Assembly: GCA_951406725.2 (NCBI GenBank)
Contig: OX597835.1
Span: 18,600,001 to 18,664,000 of the forward strand
Length of the DNA: 64,000 bases
Direction of reading: 5' to 3'
Source: Octopus vulgaris
Lineage: Eukaryota
The notes beneath the pieces were generated by a model, which saw only the letters and a program-made list of their open reading frames with translations, had not been told where the DNA came from and did not search any database. The position numbers were made by a program, and so were the translations under genes. Below, piece after piece: positions 40,152 to 54,884 of the stretch (positions are counted from its first letter, which is position 1; each line of letters starts with the position of its first letter).

Positions 40152-40915
40152 TATGTTATAAAATTTGCTATTAGAGATATAATATCTCTACATATGTAAG
40201 TGGAGGTTTAGCATTAACGTACATGCATGCATGTATAGGAAGACATACACACTGACCCACACACATGCGCACAAACAAACAAAAGGGAACGCAGTGTAAA
40301 TAACGGACAGAGTCAAAACTATTGAAAAGGTTGCAAGACGCAACGAAAATTTTAGGACAATAAAAGATAAGAAAAAAATAAAGTGGAAATTTTACCGGTG
40401 AGCGGTAAAATAATAAGGCACTAAAATAAAATGACTCTCCCCAGACACAACAGATTATGCTTCAACACACGAAATCATATAAAGAATTTTGCAAAACCAA
40501 ATCCCAATTTTGCATTATTTGTCGTTCACTAATTGACTGCACTTATCATTTTGTATATACAGTCATATAAGAGATAAAAAGAAATATGTAATATTTGCCT
40601 AACGAAAAGCTGGTGTCAAAATAATCAACAAAGTGTAGAAATCGGGGCTCTAAACTATTGCCCCAATTCTGTTATGTAGACAAACGAAACAGAAATAATT
40701 GTGGCATCATTTTAGAGGAGAAGCCTCCAAATATAAAGCTCTATGCCGGTGTGATATGAACGCTAAATACGTGGCGGTATATGTAAAAGTTGCGACGTGA
40801 CTTGACTAATTGTTACAGCTCTGGTCACGCTACCAACCTAACACAACGCGAGCATATACGAATATAATGAAGATTCTAGTCACACATTGTACGATTTAAT
40901 ATACACACATATGCA

Positions 40916-40977
<62 letters not shown>

Positions 40978-40986
40978 TAAATACAT

Positions 40987-41137
<151 letters not shown>

Positions 41138-41567
41138 TATATATATATCATATGTATATATATATATGTGTGTGTATATATATATACACGAGTGTGTCTT
41201 TATATAAGTATGTATGTACATATGTATACATATGCACATGTGTGTGTTTGCGTGTGAGTGTGTAGTATATATATATATATATATATACGGTAGTCAGAGT
41301 AGTGTGTTGGGAATTATGGTGGTTGTGAGCGAGTGGTGTATATGAAATAAAATAAAATGAAATAAATAACAATTAAAAGAAAAACCTACAACAAAGCAAG
41401 TACCACATATACAAAGTGAAATTCTCTATCAAATAGGGAGAGATATGTTGCTTTGTTATTTGACATCAAAGTATGTAGTTGAAAGGTCAAGATCTATCAA
41501 TATATGAGAGGAACATTTCCTCCCTTAAAAATAAAAGAAAACGGAGATGAGATTAAAAAAATGAAGC

Positions 41568-41632
<65 letters not shown>

Positions 41633-41804
41633 GTGTATGTGATGTGAATATGTGAATATATATATGCATATATATATACATATATATATTCATACATATT
41701 TCTATATCTATCTATATCTATATATAAATATTCATACATACGTACATATATATATATATATATATGCGTGTATAGATATGTATATATATACGTGTATATA
41801 TATG

Positions 41805-41836
<32 letters not shown>

Positions 41837-41895
41837 AATATTCATACATACGTACATATATATACGTATATAGATGTATATATATATAAACATTC

Positions 41896-41954
<59 letters not shown>

Positions 41955-42626
41955 TGTGTGTGTGCGAGTGTATGTATGTGTGTATGAATGTATGAATGTT
42001 TATATATATATATACATATATATATAATGCGTGTATACCGATGAATGTTTTTCTTTTCACTTCTGTTATACAGTCTAAAGGTTTAGAGATGTAATAAAAA
42101 GCCGCAAAGCTTACTAGCCTCAATGTCCATCTGATGTTAAATAGTATCTGTGATTTTTTTTCAATATTAACGTCGATAAAGCAGGTAGAACGCCTATATA
42201 TTAAACGCGACTGAGATATAGTTTCTAAGTGTATTACTGGCTTTGTGTATTTATGGTGCTTTTACAAATGTGATTACGATTAGAATTTAACAGATCAGGA
42301 GCACAGTGAATTGATCGTGGTGTTTCTTCGTCTGGCGTTCCATACATTTTGCACCTGGCAATGTAAGCCATCCAGGTATGGTAATGAGGAGGCAGCGATG
42401 CTAGGTAAAATTTCTACAGCTGACTTGCACATCTGTTTTCACATTACAGTCACAAATGATGAGAAAAAAAGACGTTAGGTGATATAGACTGGTAGGTTCT
42501 TCAAATGTGACTGATTCGTAGCAGTTGGAATCCCTTGCATAAGAGCTCTGATTCAAGTCAGCATCGTCGACACCACCACCACCACCGCCACCACCACCAC
42601 ATTCGACGACACAACAAACGAAAGCA

Positions 42627-42635
42627 TGAATAATG

Positions 42636-42694
<59 letters not shown>

Positions 42695-42695
42695 C

Positions 42696-42726
<31 letters not shown>

Positions 42727-42756
42727 TGATGATGACGATGATGATAATAATAATAA

Positions 42757-42787
<31 letters not shown>

Positions 42788-42815
42788 AATAATGATGATG
42801 ATAATAATAATAATG

Positions 42816-42884
<69 letters not shown>

Positions 42885-42946
42885 TTAATAATAATAATAA
42901 TGACAAGAAGAAGAAGACGAAGAAGAAGAAGAAGAAGAAGAAGAAG

Positions 42947-42976
<30 letters not shown>
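42627..42976. repeat. (AAT)n/(GAT)n/(AAG)n compound microsatellite
   Basis: Directly visible. Confidence 0.97.
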
Positions 42977-42977
<1 letters not shown>

Positions 42978-43494
42978 CTTTTCTTGAAATATTGCTATAT
43001 TTTGGGAAGGTCATATCTCATTTTGACAATCATGCACACGCGCTGTTTACTTCGTCTTCACTTCAACTTCATTATTATTCTTATTTTTAGTGCCCTTTGT
43101 CTGAAGACATTCTTCACACATTCTGTGACTTCCTCAATGTCTCTCCATCCTACGAGTGTCCTGTTCTTGGAGAGGTAACAGGATGTGTTACGAAAGATTT
43201 CAAACAAAGGATTCTAAAATAATAATAATAATAATAATAATAACAACGATGAAATGAAGTTCAAATATATAATGCGTGTGCTTAACTGGTAAAAGAAAAA
43301 TATCTCTCCCGAAATATAATTTTTTTTTTTTTTTACTGAAACAAAAATGGAAATAATTCTATACGTGACTAGTTTGTAAATCTGCATGTGAGGAATTCGT
43401 TAGATACTTTCCGGATGCAATTTCTAGTGACCATCTCATCGGGAGGTACGATTTTGAGTATATTAAGTAAAATGTAGGAAAGACAACATAACAT

Positions 43495-43622
43495 GTTGCG
43501 GGTTCAGTCCCACTGCGTGGCATCTTGGGCAAGTGTCTTCTGCTATAGCCCCGGGCCGACCAATGCCTTGTGAGTGGATTTGGTAGACGGAAACTGAAAG
43601 AAGCCTGTCGTATATATGTATG

Positions 43623-43657
<35 letters not shown>

Positions 43658-43815
43658 TTGTGTGTCTGTGTTTGTCCCCCTGGCATTGCTTGACAACCGA
43701 TGCTGGTGTGTCTACGTCCCCGCCACCTAGCGGTTCGGCAAAAGAGACCGATAGAATAAGTACTGGGCTTACAAAGAATAAGTTCCGGGGTCGATTTGAT
43801 CGACTAAAGGCGGTA
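43495..43815 (+). mobile_element. SINE family B, 5'-truncated
   Basis: Starts at the B box GGGTTCAGTCCC. Body matches the consensus. Confidence 0.9.
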
Positions 43816-44248
43816 AAGAGAGTAATATACGACAGTCTTCATATTCGTGTTATGAGATTTGGATACGAGGCGAAGAAATCGAGAACACGTGACTAACGGT
43901 CTAACAATTTATACGAATGGAATGGATTTTCATTATCTTCCAAATCTCTTCTCTAAAATGACGTACGCCTAATACAGAAGATATCAGAGAGAATGGTTTC
44001 TAGACGCAACTTGAACGAAGGAGTTAAATTTAAATCTACGTTATATGTTCTGCATATTGATATTCATTGGAAGATAAATCTGGACCAGAAACAAAGCCAA
44101 ATATTATTGTTGATGTTGGTATTATTTTTATGATTTCCTAATCATTGTTGATGCATTCTCTGGTACCGTTGTATTTTAATGTCGATATAGATCAATATTT
44201 CATTTATTAGTTGATATTGGTTTTCTTTGTGGAAGTCTTTGCTGAACT

Positions 44249-44480
44249 TACTCTTACTCTTTACTCTCTTTTTTACTCGTTTCAGTCATTTGACTGTGGC
44301 CGTGCTGGAGCACCGCCTTTAGTCGAGCAAATCGACCTCCAGGACTTATTCTTTTATAAGCCTAGTACTTATTCTATCGGGTTCTTTTGCCGAAACGCTA
44401 AGTTACGGGGACGTAAACACACCAGCATCGCTTGTCAAGCGATGTTGGGAGGACAAATGCAGACACACAAACACACACAT
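44249..44480 (-). mobile_element. SINE family B, 3' half
   Basis: Reverse-complement tail with (TTTTACTC)n. Confidence 0.9.
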
Positions 44481-45340
44481 ACATACATATATATATATAT
44501 ATATGCCCAAGCTGCCACACCATAGTGCGTATTTTTGCCAATACAATCCCACAATATAACACAATATATAAACATCCAATCTAAGAGGAAAAGATGGCCG
44601 TCGAGCAGCAGTAACCCTCCAAAAACCATCAGCATGTATTTTGTGTATGAAAGAGTGCTGTCTCGTTTCATGCTTGAAGAAAGGTCAGTGCAGATATGGA
44701 GAACATTTTTCTGTCATATTTACCAACGTAATACTTATGTCAAATTCGAGCTTCACTACTATACTGCGAGATTACATTTTGCTTTGCTCTCCAGTTACGA
44801 TATGGGAGATATGGAGATATCGTAACAATCGATATGGGATTAAAATCTTTGCTTCATGATACGAGATACATCTAGTCGGTCAATAAGTATTAAAATATAT
44901 CAGAAAATATAATTTTTACGCTCCGGAATATTAACTGCATTTTTATCCAGTGCATTCATATATAGATATTGGTACTACATTTCGATCTATTTCATGTATG
45001 ATCGATATCTTATTCCTGATAGAGCATAATTTACCTGAAGATTCCTTTCTGTGGTTTAGTGGAACAATTGGAAATAGGGTGTCTGTAGAATTCATGTGAC
45101 TCGCTTAATAAGTCTACCATTTACAAACAATAATTTGCGTCGGTAGATATTTCTGCAGCTAAAAGCAGAGAGATACTATTGTCTGTCCAGCCACATCGGT
45201 GCAGGAAGAAGTTGGACTACATAATGTAATGTGTTGTTTTCATAATTTCCATTACCGAGTGTGATTTGGAGGTAGGTTTAGCTGATATTTCTACCAAATG
45301 CTGAAATTCTTAAAAAAAATAAAAAAGACCTACACATATA

Positions 45341-45745
45341 GGCGCAGGAGTGGCTGTGTGGTAAGTAGCTTGCTAAACAACCACATGGTTCCGGGTTCAG
45401 TCCCACTGCGTGGCATCTTGGACAAGTGTATTCTGCTATAACCCCGGTCCGACCAATGTCTTGTGAGTGGATTTGGTAGACGGAAACTGAAAGAAGCCTG
45501 TCGTATATATGTATATATATATATATGTGTATGTGTCTGTGTTTGTCCCCCTAGCATTGCTTGACAACCGATGCTGGTGTGTTTACGTCCCCGTTACTTA
45601 GCGGTTCGGCAAAAGAGACTGATAGAATAAGTACTGGGCTTACAAAGATTAAGTCCCGGGGTCGATTTGCTCGACTAAAGGCGGTGCCCCAGCATGGCCG
45701 CAGTCAAATGACTGAAACAAGTAAAAGAGTAAAAGAGTAAAGAGT
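45341..45745 (+). mobile_element. SINE family B, full length
   Basis: Complete head, CORE-like CATCTTGGACAAGTG, internal microsatellite and (GTAAAAGA)n tail. Confidence 0.95.
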
Positions 45746-46396
45746 TCCCTCGAAAATGGAATGGAGTGTTTCGAAAATTGTATGTGCCTGATCAACTGCC
45801 ATTAGCAGTAGATATGCAAAAAGATATAACGTGAAAACATAACTAGAAAGGTTAGAGTGGGGAGAAAAAGGAAACCCTAGTACCGCAATGCACCAGCAAC
45901 TATAAGGCTGAGGATATTTGAGGCTGTGCCAACATTTTGAATAAAACATATACCATCTTAACAAATACTCACGAAGCACTCGTGAAGATATTTAACAATT
46001 TAATGGACGTGCAGGGAAAAGGAAAGAAAACGAAATATATACGTATACAAAGGAAAAACAGAAAAAAAGAATAAAATAAAAAATATAAACAAACAGTTAA
46101 GTGTCTCACTGACGCAAATCAAACAGACGCCTAGTGCAGAGATTCAGCTGGGATATTGGCATGAAATTCGGGGAAATAGAATAAAACATGCCAAAATGAC
46201 CTTGAAGAGAGAAGAGAGAGGCCATTAAATAGACAAAAGAACAAAAGAAGTGTACATTTATAATCAGACATAGATACACACGTATGTGTTATATCAATAC
46301 ATACACACACACGAATGTATATATATATATATATATTCATATGTGTGTGTGTGTGTGTAAATATATGCATATATGTACATGGGTATTTATATATAA

Positions 46397-46439
<43 letters not shown>

Positions 46440-46510
46440 TATATATGCATATATAAAACTACAATGCATGTTATTTGCAGTCTGTCTGCCGCTCTCTCAC
46501 TCTTTCTCTC

Positions 46511-46552
<42 letters not shown>

Positions 46553-46966
46553 ATATATATGTGTTTATGACATATATGAATACATCTATAAGTGTGTACC
46601 TATTCTATACATATACATACATACATAATTACATACACATACATAAATGTATATATTTATGCATTTATAAAAGAGTGTTCGCCCAAGACAAAGTACTTCA
46701 GAATCAATGAACTATTTCTAAACGAAAATACAACAGTCCTGATTGAAAACAGAAAAAAAGGAAAAAAGATTTCGTATAAATAAATAAATACTGAAATAAA
46801 TAGATAGAAGAAAACCACTTGGGCTCATCAGACTTCGATGCTTATATTTACTTACACCGGAACTAAATGCCAAGAAGAAAATAATAGATATTATTTTACT
46901 ATCTGTTCTAGAAATATGTTACTGGAAAGTGGAAAGTTAATTAAATAGGCTAAAATAGTAGATGAG

Positions 46967-47037
<71 letters not shown>

Positions 47038-47659
47038 TAAGAACAGGATGGTAAATAATGACTGCATTTAAAATAAGAGATGCATTAGATGACATTGAGA
47101 GATATTATTTTCCATGCAGACAAAAACAGCGTGTGGAGGAATAAGAGAATGAAGGAATAGATTCATCATGAAAAAGTAATTTGTGAATCGAAGGTGATGG
47201 GGTGCAGATGTTGACAGTAGTGACGAAGTTTGATGATGGTGGCGGTGACGGTGGTTTGGCGTAAAAAGTGTTGTATTAAAGTATTCTGTGATTTCATACT
47301 TGTGATTGTTATAAGAATCGACTTTAATGTTAAATCAAATGGAAGCTAATAAAGTTGCAAAACGCTTGAATCATGTTTAATGTCTTCGTGCATATTTCAA
47401 CGTGAATATGATAATCGCTGCATTTCAAGCATTACTTGAAGATTGCGAAATTTGAAGTAAGGAAATGAATGGTAAACAGCCAATAGCCTGTTATAATGCG
47501 TACATATGCATACTGTATGAGGCAAAAGATATTACATATAGAATAGCTTCACCCTTTAGATGATATATGTTGAGAATACATATGCTTGGGTGATGCAGTG
47601 TGCGTGTATCAGGGTGCGAAGCTATTGTAGATACTAGAACAACACACAACTAGTTAATA

Positions 47660-47755
47660 AAAGAATAAGTCCCGGGGTCGAGTTGCTCGATTAAAGGCGG
47701 TGCTCCAGCATGGCCGCAGTCAAATGACTGAAACAAGTAAAAGAGTAAAAGAGTA
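47660..47755 (+). mobile_element. SINE family B 3' tail only
   Basis: AAGAATAAGTCCCGGGGTCGAG..GTAAAAGAGTAAAAGAG. Confidence 0.88.
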
Positions 47756-48040
47756 ACACAAGTGATAAGGACAGGAATATAAGTGTATCAACGTGTTGGT
47801 AAAGTACTTTTGTGAATTCATAAGGTGGTATAAGCTTAAGTATTATACCTCTTTCAATTAATAGCGATGTTTAAGTTACAAATATAATACCTGGTGATTA
47901 CAACATGATAATTTTAAGTATTTGTTGCTTCACAGAAAGAAACATTTTTTAAATCCACTTCACAGTGGATGTTAAAGTCAAAGTCGAAGATTTAGAGTAA
48001 CAAATATACTTGGCATCAGGGGTTGAGTGGAGAAAAGGCA

Positions 48041-48552
48041 TCATTTAGGAAAATAAGACTGTAGAGACATCAGACTCGCTACCAAATGCAGATTGGTGAA
48101 TGCAATTGTCTTCCCAATAGCAACATATGGATGCGAGACCTGGACACTAAAGAAAGCTGACCAGAAAAGAATTAATGCATTCGAGCTTTGGTGTTGGAGA
48201 AGACTTTTACGGATTCCATGGACAGTGAGGCTCACCAATGGAGAAGTTCTTAAGCAGATCAAGCCGAAAATGTCACTAGAAGCTAGGATCACCAAGCATA
48301 GATTGCCATATTTTGGTCATATTATGCGGAGAAAAATCCCTGGAGAAGGACATAATGCTCGGAATGGTCAGTGGCAAGAGAGGAAGAGGCCGACCAAGAA
48401 CCCGCTGGCTTGACACCATCAAGAGTGATACCGGAATGGACATGGCCAGTCTGAAGGAAGCGGCCCAGAATAGAACTGACTGGAGAACACTGATGCAACG
48501 AGTAACCGAGAGTCGACTTCGACTGAGCGGATAGATAGATAGATAGATAGAT
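48041..48552 (+). mobile_element. RTE-clade LINE 3' end with (GATA)n tail
   Basis: VFPIATYGCETWTLKK..INAFELWCWRRLLRIPWT..YFGHIMR, then a frameshift, then SLEKDIMLG..GKRGRGRPRTRWLD..DW. Ends GATAGATAGAT. Confidence 0.93.
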
Positions 48553-48792
48553 TGTTTATCTGTGATCGCGCGTCCAAAGATCGAGTCATTATAGAGCGCC
48601 CAACGATCTGGTCATTAATGCCTTATGTGAAGTCGTTGAGAAATATAACCGAAAACAGAGGAGTTACAGGTATTATTGCTACTTTAGGGATGAATGAATT
48701 CTTCCTCCTCACGTGTAACTTTGTAAAATGAAAGGTTAATGAGAAATACACATATATTCGTATCGACCAGGATACATCTTAATACAGGGAGA

Positions 48793-48910
48793 CTTGGTCG
48801 GCCGGAGTCTATAGTAGAAGACACTTGTCCAAGGTGCCAAGCTGTGGGACTGAACCCGGGACAATATGGTTCGTAAGCAAGCTACTTACCACACATCCAC
48901 TCCTGCTCCT
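48793..48910 (-). mobile_element. SINE family B 5' fragment
   Basis: GGGACTGAACCCGGG..TACTTACCACACATCCACTCC. Confidence 0.85.
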
Positions 48911-49540
48911 AGACAAATATTAGAAAGATATTAACAGATCTCTAATCAAACATTTTCTATATCTTGGAAACATGGCTCGTATTCAAGAATAATGTTCCTA
49001 GTAATACAACTATCACAGTGTGATATTGCGAAGATATCGCAGTTAGTTTTAAAAGGATAAGCATAAGCACATTATTCATATATATTATAGAGTAGCAACG
49101 TGGGGAAATCGTTAACAAAGTTTTCGTGAATTTTCATAGAGAGGAAAATGAGTTGAGGTTAAGGTTTTGTTGGTCGTTTTATTATGACTGAAATGTCTGT
49201 ATAAGATGGACAAGTGAATGTGCGTGAATGCATGTATATATCTATGTGTGTGCGTGTGTGTTTGTGTGTGTTTGTGTGTATATGTATGTGTGTTAGTGTT
49301 GTGTACCATGTAGACACCAACGTATACATACATATGAGGAATGGACGGATCTAGATAGATATAGACGTGGATCGATATGTGTCTGGATGCATTTGCATAC
49401 GTATATTACATATATACATACATGTAGATAAAGACAAAATATTACACATGCACACTGAATCGTGCGCACACACATAGATGCGCACTGCACACACAAACAC
49501 ACACACATATATATATTTTTATACATACGTACATAAATAA

Positions 49541-49588
<48 letters not shown>

Positions 49589-49707
49589 TATATATATATG
49601 TTGTATATATATATGTTGGTATGTATATATATATGCATATATATAAGTATATGTATATATATATATATATATACACATATATATATATATATATATAGGC
49701 ATGTATA

Positions 49708-49740
<33 letters not shown>

Positions 49741-49978
49741 ATGTATATGTATGTATTTATGTGTGTATGTATGAGAAGCCATTCTACGTTTCTGTGTGCA
49801 ATGGCTGAGTCGGAAAAATGTCTGAATATGTCCGATTGCATTCCAATATTATTGATTGCTACAACATTCCAATAGTTTTTAGTCCTTTTCGGAATCGCAA
49901 TCGCACGTGCGTGCACACAGAAGTACACACACACACACATACACACACACACACACACACAAACACACTGGCACCTAA

Positions 49979-50049
<71 letters not shown>

Positions 50050-50784
50050 GTTGTCCATTTTTTATCTCATATACGTCGTTCTCTCATTGCTTTTCTTGTC
50101 ATTTTTGCTTCTCTTTCGTCATCTTTACGTTTTCTGGTGCATGTCTTATTCTCCTTCTGCAAATTTCTCTGTCTCTTTCTCCCCCTTTCCCTCATTCCCT
50201 CTCTCTCTCTAACATATATATATTTACACACACGTGTATATATATATATAAATCTACATCTACATATATTTACACACACACGTATATATACATATATACA
50301 ATACATAGATATATATGTATGTGTGTATATATATATGTACATACATACATATATATATGTGTGTGTGTGTGTGTGCGTGTGTGTTGAGTGTGTGTATGTA
50401 TGCGTATATATATATATTTATGTATATATATATCTATATATATACATATATATATATACATTTATATAAATATACATATATATATATCCCCTTATATATG
50501 CCTTGCGCTATGTGTTATGTAATGTCAGTTGTCCTCCCTTACTCCCAACTCCACCTCTCCCTCTCTTTCTCTCTTTTTCTCTCCCCATCAGTAAATAATT
50601 TCATGGTACACAAAAGCAATAGAATAAAAACAGAATGATATTGTCGAAAAAATGTATTTAAATGGCAGATAATTATAGACTTTTGTCAAATCTTATGCAA
50701 TTCATTCTTCTTCACACCCATTCTCCCTCTTATCTCTCAGAATATATGTGTGTCTGTGTCTATTTAAAAATAAACGTAAAAGTA

Positions 50785-50832
<48 letters not shown>

Positions 50833-51579
50833 GGTGATCAATTATATACATATATCTGTATATTATTATGCATTCACATGCATACACATTCATCATACAT
50901 ATTCTTCGACCTGTTGTTCGCTTGCACCGTGTCTGTCTGTGTGTCTCTCTGTGCGTATGTATACAGTTCTCAATACATTTTGTAGGTATCATATAAATAT
51001 TTTTCTCCACTACATATTCGCTCTCATTTATGTCACGTACTCCCAACGCGTAAAGACATAATTCATGTTTTCAGTACAACATATAAATTGTCATGTAACG
51101 GAATTCCTGGTAATTTTGCTCCTTACTTCTCATTAAGTCAATTTATATCGCTGGAAATATTAGTGAGCATAAGTTTGAACGGATAAATTGAATTTGATTA
51201 GTTTGTCTAGATCTGTCCTTCCACTTGACGTTTCTCTGTGTTTCTTAGTCTGTGTATCCTATGTTTCAATTTTCCGATGTCTCTCAGTACTGTAGTATTG
51301 ACAAGTTTTTATTTATATGGATATTATACTTACACGATAATTTAAAATATATATAAGCTCTAACTGCAATATGGCAAGCTTGAGTTGTGTGAAGGAATCC
51401 TAGGTTTCTGTGGTTCCATAAATATGGCGGTAGGGTAGTAGCATTGTCATCGTTCTTAGACCTGTTGTTGTTCTTTAAGAAGTCCTCAGCAGTGAGCTTC
51501 TTCGAGTCCTTCTGTAAAGTGCTCTAACCAATAATGAGAGTATTATTTCTTTTACAGATACATATTAATCTCAATGGAT

Positions 51580-51804
51580 ACTCTTTTACTCTCTTTACTC
51601 TTTTACTTGTTTCAGTCATTTGACTGCGGCCATGCTGGAGCACCGCCTTTAGTCGAGAAAATCGACCCCGGGACTTATTCTTTGTAAGCCCAGTACTTAT
51701 TCAATCGGTCTCCTTTGCCGAACCGCTAGGTGACGGGGACATAAACACACCAGCATCGGTTGTCAAGCAATGCTAGTTAGACAAACACAGACACACAAAC
51801 ATAT

Positions 51805-51835
<31 letters not shown>

Positions 51836-52006
51836 CATATATACGACAGGCGTCTTTCAGTTTCCGTCTACCAAATCCACTCACAAGGCATTGGTCGGCC
51901 CGGGGCTATAGCAGAAGACACTCGCCCAAGATGCCACGCAGTGGGACTGAACCCGGAACCATGTGGTTGGTTAGCAAGCTACTTACCACACAGCCACTCC
52001 TGCGCC
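51580..52006 (-). mobile_element. SINE family B, full length
   Basis: Reverse complement of the consensus, ending CTCCTGCGCC. Confidence 0.95.
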
Positions 52007-52424
52007 TATCTATATTCTTTTCGGCAACCACATCCACCACGCCAGAAAAGACAAAATACGTTACGAAAAATTATATACCACGTCATAAAAAGCGCTGGAA
52101 AGCCGAAAGTTGCATGAAATTCTTCATTTAATATGTCTGCTCAGTTAGTGTGTTACGACTAACATTACGCGCTTAAGTTTGTATCTTTCATTTTACACAT
52201 AAGTTTTAGTTGTTCCTCTAAATCAATTTTGAGTGAATACAGAATGCAGATCCGGAAGAGTTTCACAAGTGTGGCATTATGAAGTGCATTATTTCTTTTA
52301 AGAGTGATTATATATACCATTATATTCCCTCTCCTTACACACAAAATGATCATTCTGAATATCATCAAATAGATGCAAGTATCGCCCGCTGAATATATAT
52401 AATTATAGTTTATACAAGAATAAG

Positions 52425-52510
52425 TACCGTAAATCCTCGTGTACAGTCCGTCCTTGAGTATAATACGCAGGGGATTTTTAGTGGGCTGTACCTCTGAAAA
52501 ACCTAAACCT
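52425..52510 (+). mobile_element. Tc1/mariner (Tc2/pogo-like) terminal fragment
   Basis: TA-CCGTAAATCCTCGTGTACAGTCCGTCCTTGAGTATAATACGCA resembles TA|CCGTA..CGAGTATAA.CGC termini. The partner end was not seen. Confidence 0.45.
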
Positions 52511-52512
52511 TC

Positions 52513-52738
52513 AGCCACATATAGAATTCTTTTAATTAAATAGAAAATGTTCATTTTTATACTTATCCCATTTGCCAACAATAGACAGAGAGGTTAATTT
52601 CATCATTAAGGACATGGTAAAAGAAATGATGAAATTAACCTCTCTGTCTATATATCTACCCTCTTTGTAATATTGGCAAATGGAATGAGTATAAAAATGA
52701 ACATTTTCTATTCAATTAAAAAAATTCTATATGAGGCT
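52513..52738. mobile_element. Nested fold-back element: ~65-bp outer inverted repeats and a 27-bp perfect inner hairpin
   Basis: Outer arms AGCCACATATAGAATT..TTTGCCAA and TTGGCAAA..AATTCTATATGAGGCT. Inner arms at 52581-52607 and 52625-52651. Confidence 0.8.
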
Positions 52739-53014
52739 AAAGAGTGCTCTACATTTCAAAACTGATGTAATAATTACATTGTTTAATTAAATAAAGTAGT
52801 ATGAAACGATTGCACTGCACTACTTAGGATATCCTTGTTGCTTATTTTGATATATATATATATATATATATATGTATATGTGTGTGTGTGTGTGTGCGTG
52901 TGTGTGTGTGTGTGTATATGCGTACATACATACATAGGTATGCATGGATATATGTATGTAAGATACATACGTACATATATATATATTTATTTAAAACAAT
53001 AATTAAGGGTTTAG

Positions 53015-53085
<71 letters not shown>

Positions 53086-53971
53086 GTGTATACATAGGTA
53101 AGCATGTATATATGTAGATATATAATTGTGTGTATACCTTTGGTTTTCTCCAGCCGTTGCTTAACAACGGGTGTTGAATTCTGTATTTATCTATGACGTA
53201 ATGGCTAGACACAGGCGACTCTAGAATAAATACAAGGCTTTAGTAAAGGAACAAAACAGAGCTAGTCGAAATTTTGTCGAGTAAAGTAATAAAAATGGCA
53301 GAAGAAAAATTCATTTCAGTGCTTCAACATGGCCACAACCCAACGTCTGATTCAAGTGAAAGATGTAATTTTAACTATTCCAACGACTTCCACCGGATAC
53401 CAAAGCGGAGGCAGTGGTTGATAAGGAAATGAGTCTGTAGGAAGCCTAAGCATTTTTACGTTACGTGTATGTATTTATCAGTAGTAAATTCATAGAAAAC
53501 AAATTTCCAGACATGAGAATAATCTACAGGTGTTTCTATCCATAGGTTTCGTTTGTTTTAGTGATTATGTTATTTGCTTTGTAATTTCTTTTGTTCTTTG
53601 CATTCGTGTTGCTCTTATCATTGTTCTTCTTGTATAAAGTTTTGTTTCCATGACTTTGTGGAATCAATTAAATATGTATCCAAGAGATATGATCTACAAA
53701 GATGTAGGAAATAGCTCTGTCCATTTCGTTATATAAATGTCAAAAGCATCATCATTATAGACACCTACATCATCCTCATCGTCTTCATCATCATCATCAT
53801 TAACATCATCATCATAGTCATCATCATCATTAATATCATCATCATAGTCATCATCATCACGAATATAATCAGCACAATCACACTTAAAATAGGCACTAAT
53901 AGGACAATTCGGTCACCCACACAAATACAAAAGCACCCACACTTCATATCCCTTCTACTAATCCCTCTCAT

Positions 53972-54048
<77 letters not shown>

Positions 54049-54135
54049 ATCCAAACAAGAAAACACAAAAAAACACTGCAACGTGGAACAAATAAAGTAT
54101 TATTGGACGCTCAGGAAAGAAGGGAAGAAGGAGGG

Positions 54136-54170
54136 CTTAACGTTTCGAGCGGAGCTCTTCGTCGGAAACA
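54136..54170 (-). ncRNA. Minimal hammerhead motif, CCGACGA core and loop-less stem III
   Basis: Minus strand reads GUUU-CCGACGA-A-GAGC-UCC-GCUC-GAAAC-GUU-AAGC, followed by a ~90-nt tail and (TA)n. Confidence 0.65.
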
Positions 54171-54494
54171 AAGGAGAAGGAAAGATCCCGAGAAGGAAAG
54201 ATCCCGAGAAGGGAAGACAGAGGAAAAAAAATTGCTGGCGGTGCTCACGTGGTCACATCTCCCTTTCATTAGTCCCTTTCCTCCGGCCATTTCACGATGT
54301 TGAACCGTTCCTCTCGTCATCTTATTTTTCTCTCCCTCCGTTTTTTTTTTTTATTCCATCGTGACTTTTCTTCTTCTTAAACTAAATTAGCATAGACTAA
54401 TGGTTTCATATTTTTGTATAATTAAGATTTAAACTGTTATTATATCAATCCGGAGGGATAGTTGAATACCTGGAAAACTACTTAAGGCCCACCC

Positions 54495-54547
<53 letters not shown>

Positions 54548-54550
54548 TCC

Positions 54551-54602
<52 letters not shown>

Positions 54603-54611
<9 letters not shown>

Positions 54612-54697
54612 TAAATTAGAGACAAAACCACCTATATATTTTAAGTGTGATTGTGCTGATTATGTTCGTGATGATGATGACTATGATGATAATGTTA

Positions 54698-54734
<37 letters not shown>

Positions 54735-54868
54735 CGATGATGATGATGTTACGCGCATATATATGTGGTTTGGTCTCTAATTTAATATAATATAATATTT
54801 TACTATAAAATTGGATTCAATGCTAAATCTGATTTTTCCCTGTAAATTTGGATTCATTGCCTAATATG
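54603..54868. repeat. Inverted pair of the 21723 repeat end around a (GAT)n tract
   Basis: ATATTATATTAAATTAGAGACAAAACCAC versus GTGGTTTGGTCTCTAATTTAATATAATAT. Confidence 0.7.
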
Positions 54869-54884
54869 TATTATATATATATAT

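Noticed and set aside
44641-44870. RYGIKIF resembling a piggyBac transposase motif
   Set aside because: The upstream DE..F.GR..Y.P.KP context is absent, and a single short motif is insufficient.
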